DNA of 64,000 nt from Sminthopsis crassicaudata. Taxonomy: Eukaryota. The notes beneath the pieces are model-generated. The model saw nothing but the letters and a program-made list of their open reading frames with translations. It ran no database searches and had not been told where the DNA came from. The position numbers and the translations under genes are program-made. Of this stretch, positions 63,961 through 64,000 are shown one piece after another (position 1 is the first letter of the stretch; every line of letters starts with the position of its first letter). The stretch spans positions 179,738,001 through 179,802,000 of the forward strand of contig NC_133622.1 of NCBI RefSeq assembly GCF_048593235.1, given 5' to 3'.

Positions 63961-64000
63961 AGATCAGCAATATTTAATTACCTGGCTAAGTCTAGTGAGT

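Noticed and set aside
42500-64000. Upstream TNKS exon (VLLQHGADPNIRNTDGK...)
   Set aside because: Not found by reading the minus strand; it presumably lies beyond the window end.

Overview
Eukaryotic genomic DNA from a marsupial, most likely a dasyurid such as the Tasmanian devil (inferred from WSINE1/MAR1-type SINEs, marsupial L1 3' ends and an OC1-like hAT element). The window lies entirely inside the tankyrase-1 gene (TNKS, PARP5a) on the minus strand. Eight GT-AG coding exons (755 nt, continuous frame) are present at 42004-42040, 41128-41203, 10603-10697, 9958-10024, 9186-9372, 4180-4301, 2588-2679 and 2410-2488. By recalled human numbering these are exons 4-11 (about aa 332-583; ankyrin repeat cluster ARC2 and most of ARC3). 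The flanking exons lie outside the window. Most of the rest is intronic LINE (L1, L2, L3, RTE), SINE, LTR and DNA-transposon debris, plus a 156-N gap. The best lead is an apparent internal promoter just upstream of the 37-nt exon. It combines a CpG cluster, two CCAAT boxes and CRE/ATF-like sites with an in-frame ATG (MIFCNHL-GEYKKDELL...) that would give a tankyrase lacking the HPS region and ARC1. Other leads are a stop-free in-frame 99-nt intron, a palindromic double octamer, an OC1-like transposon (family known for horizontal transfer), two related antisense solo LTRs and inverted repeat pairs. All repeat-family names and human comparisons are from memory, not from searches, and repeat boundaries are approximate unless a target-site duplication (TSD) is given.
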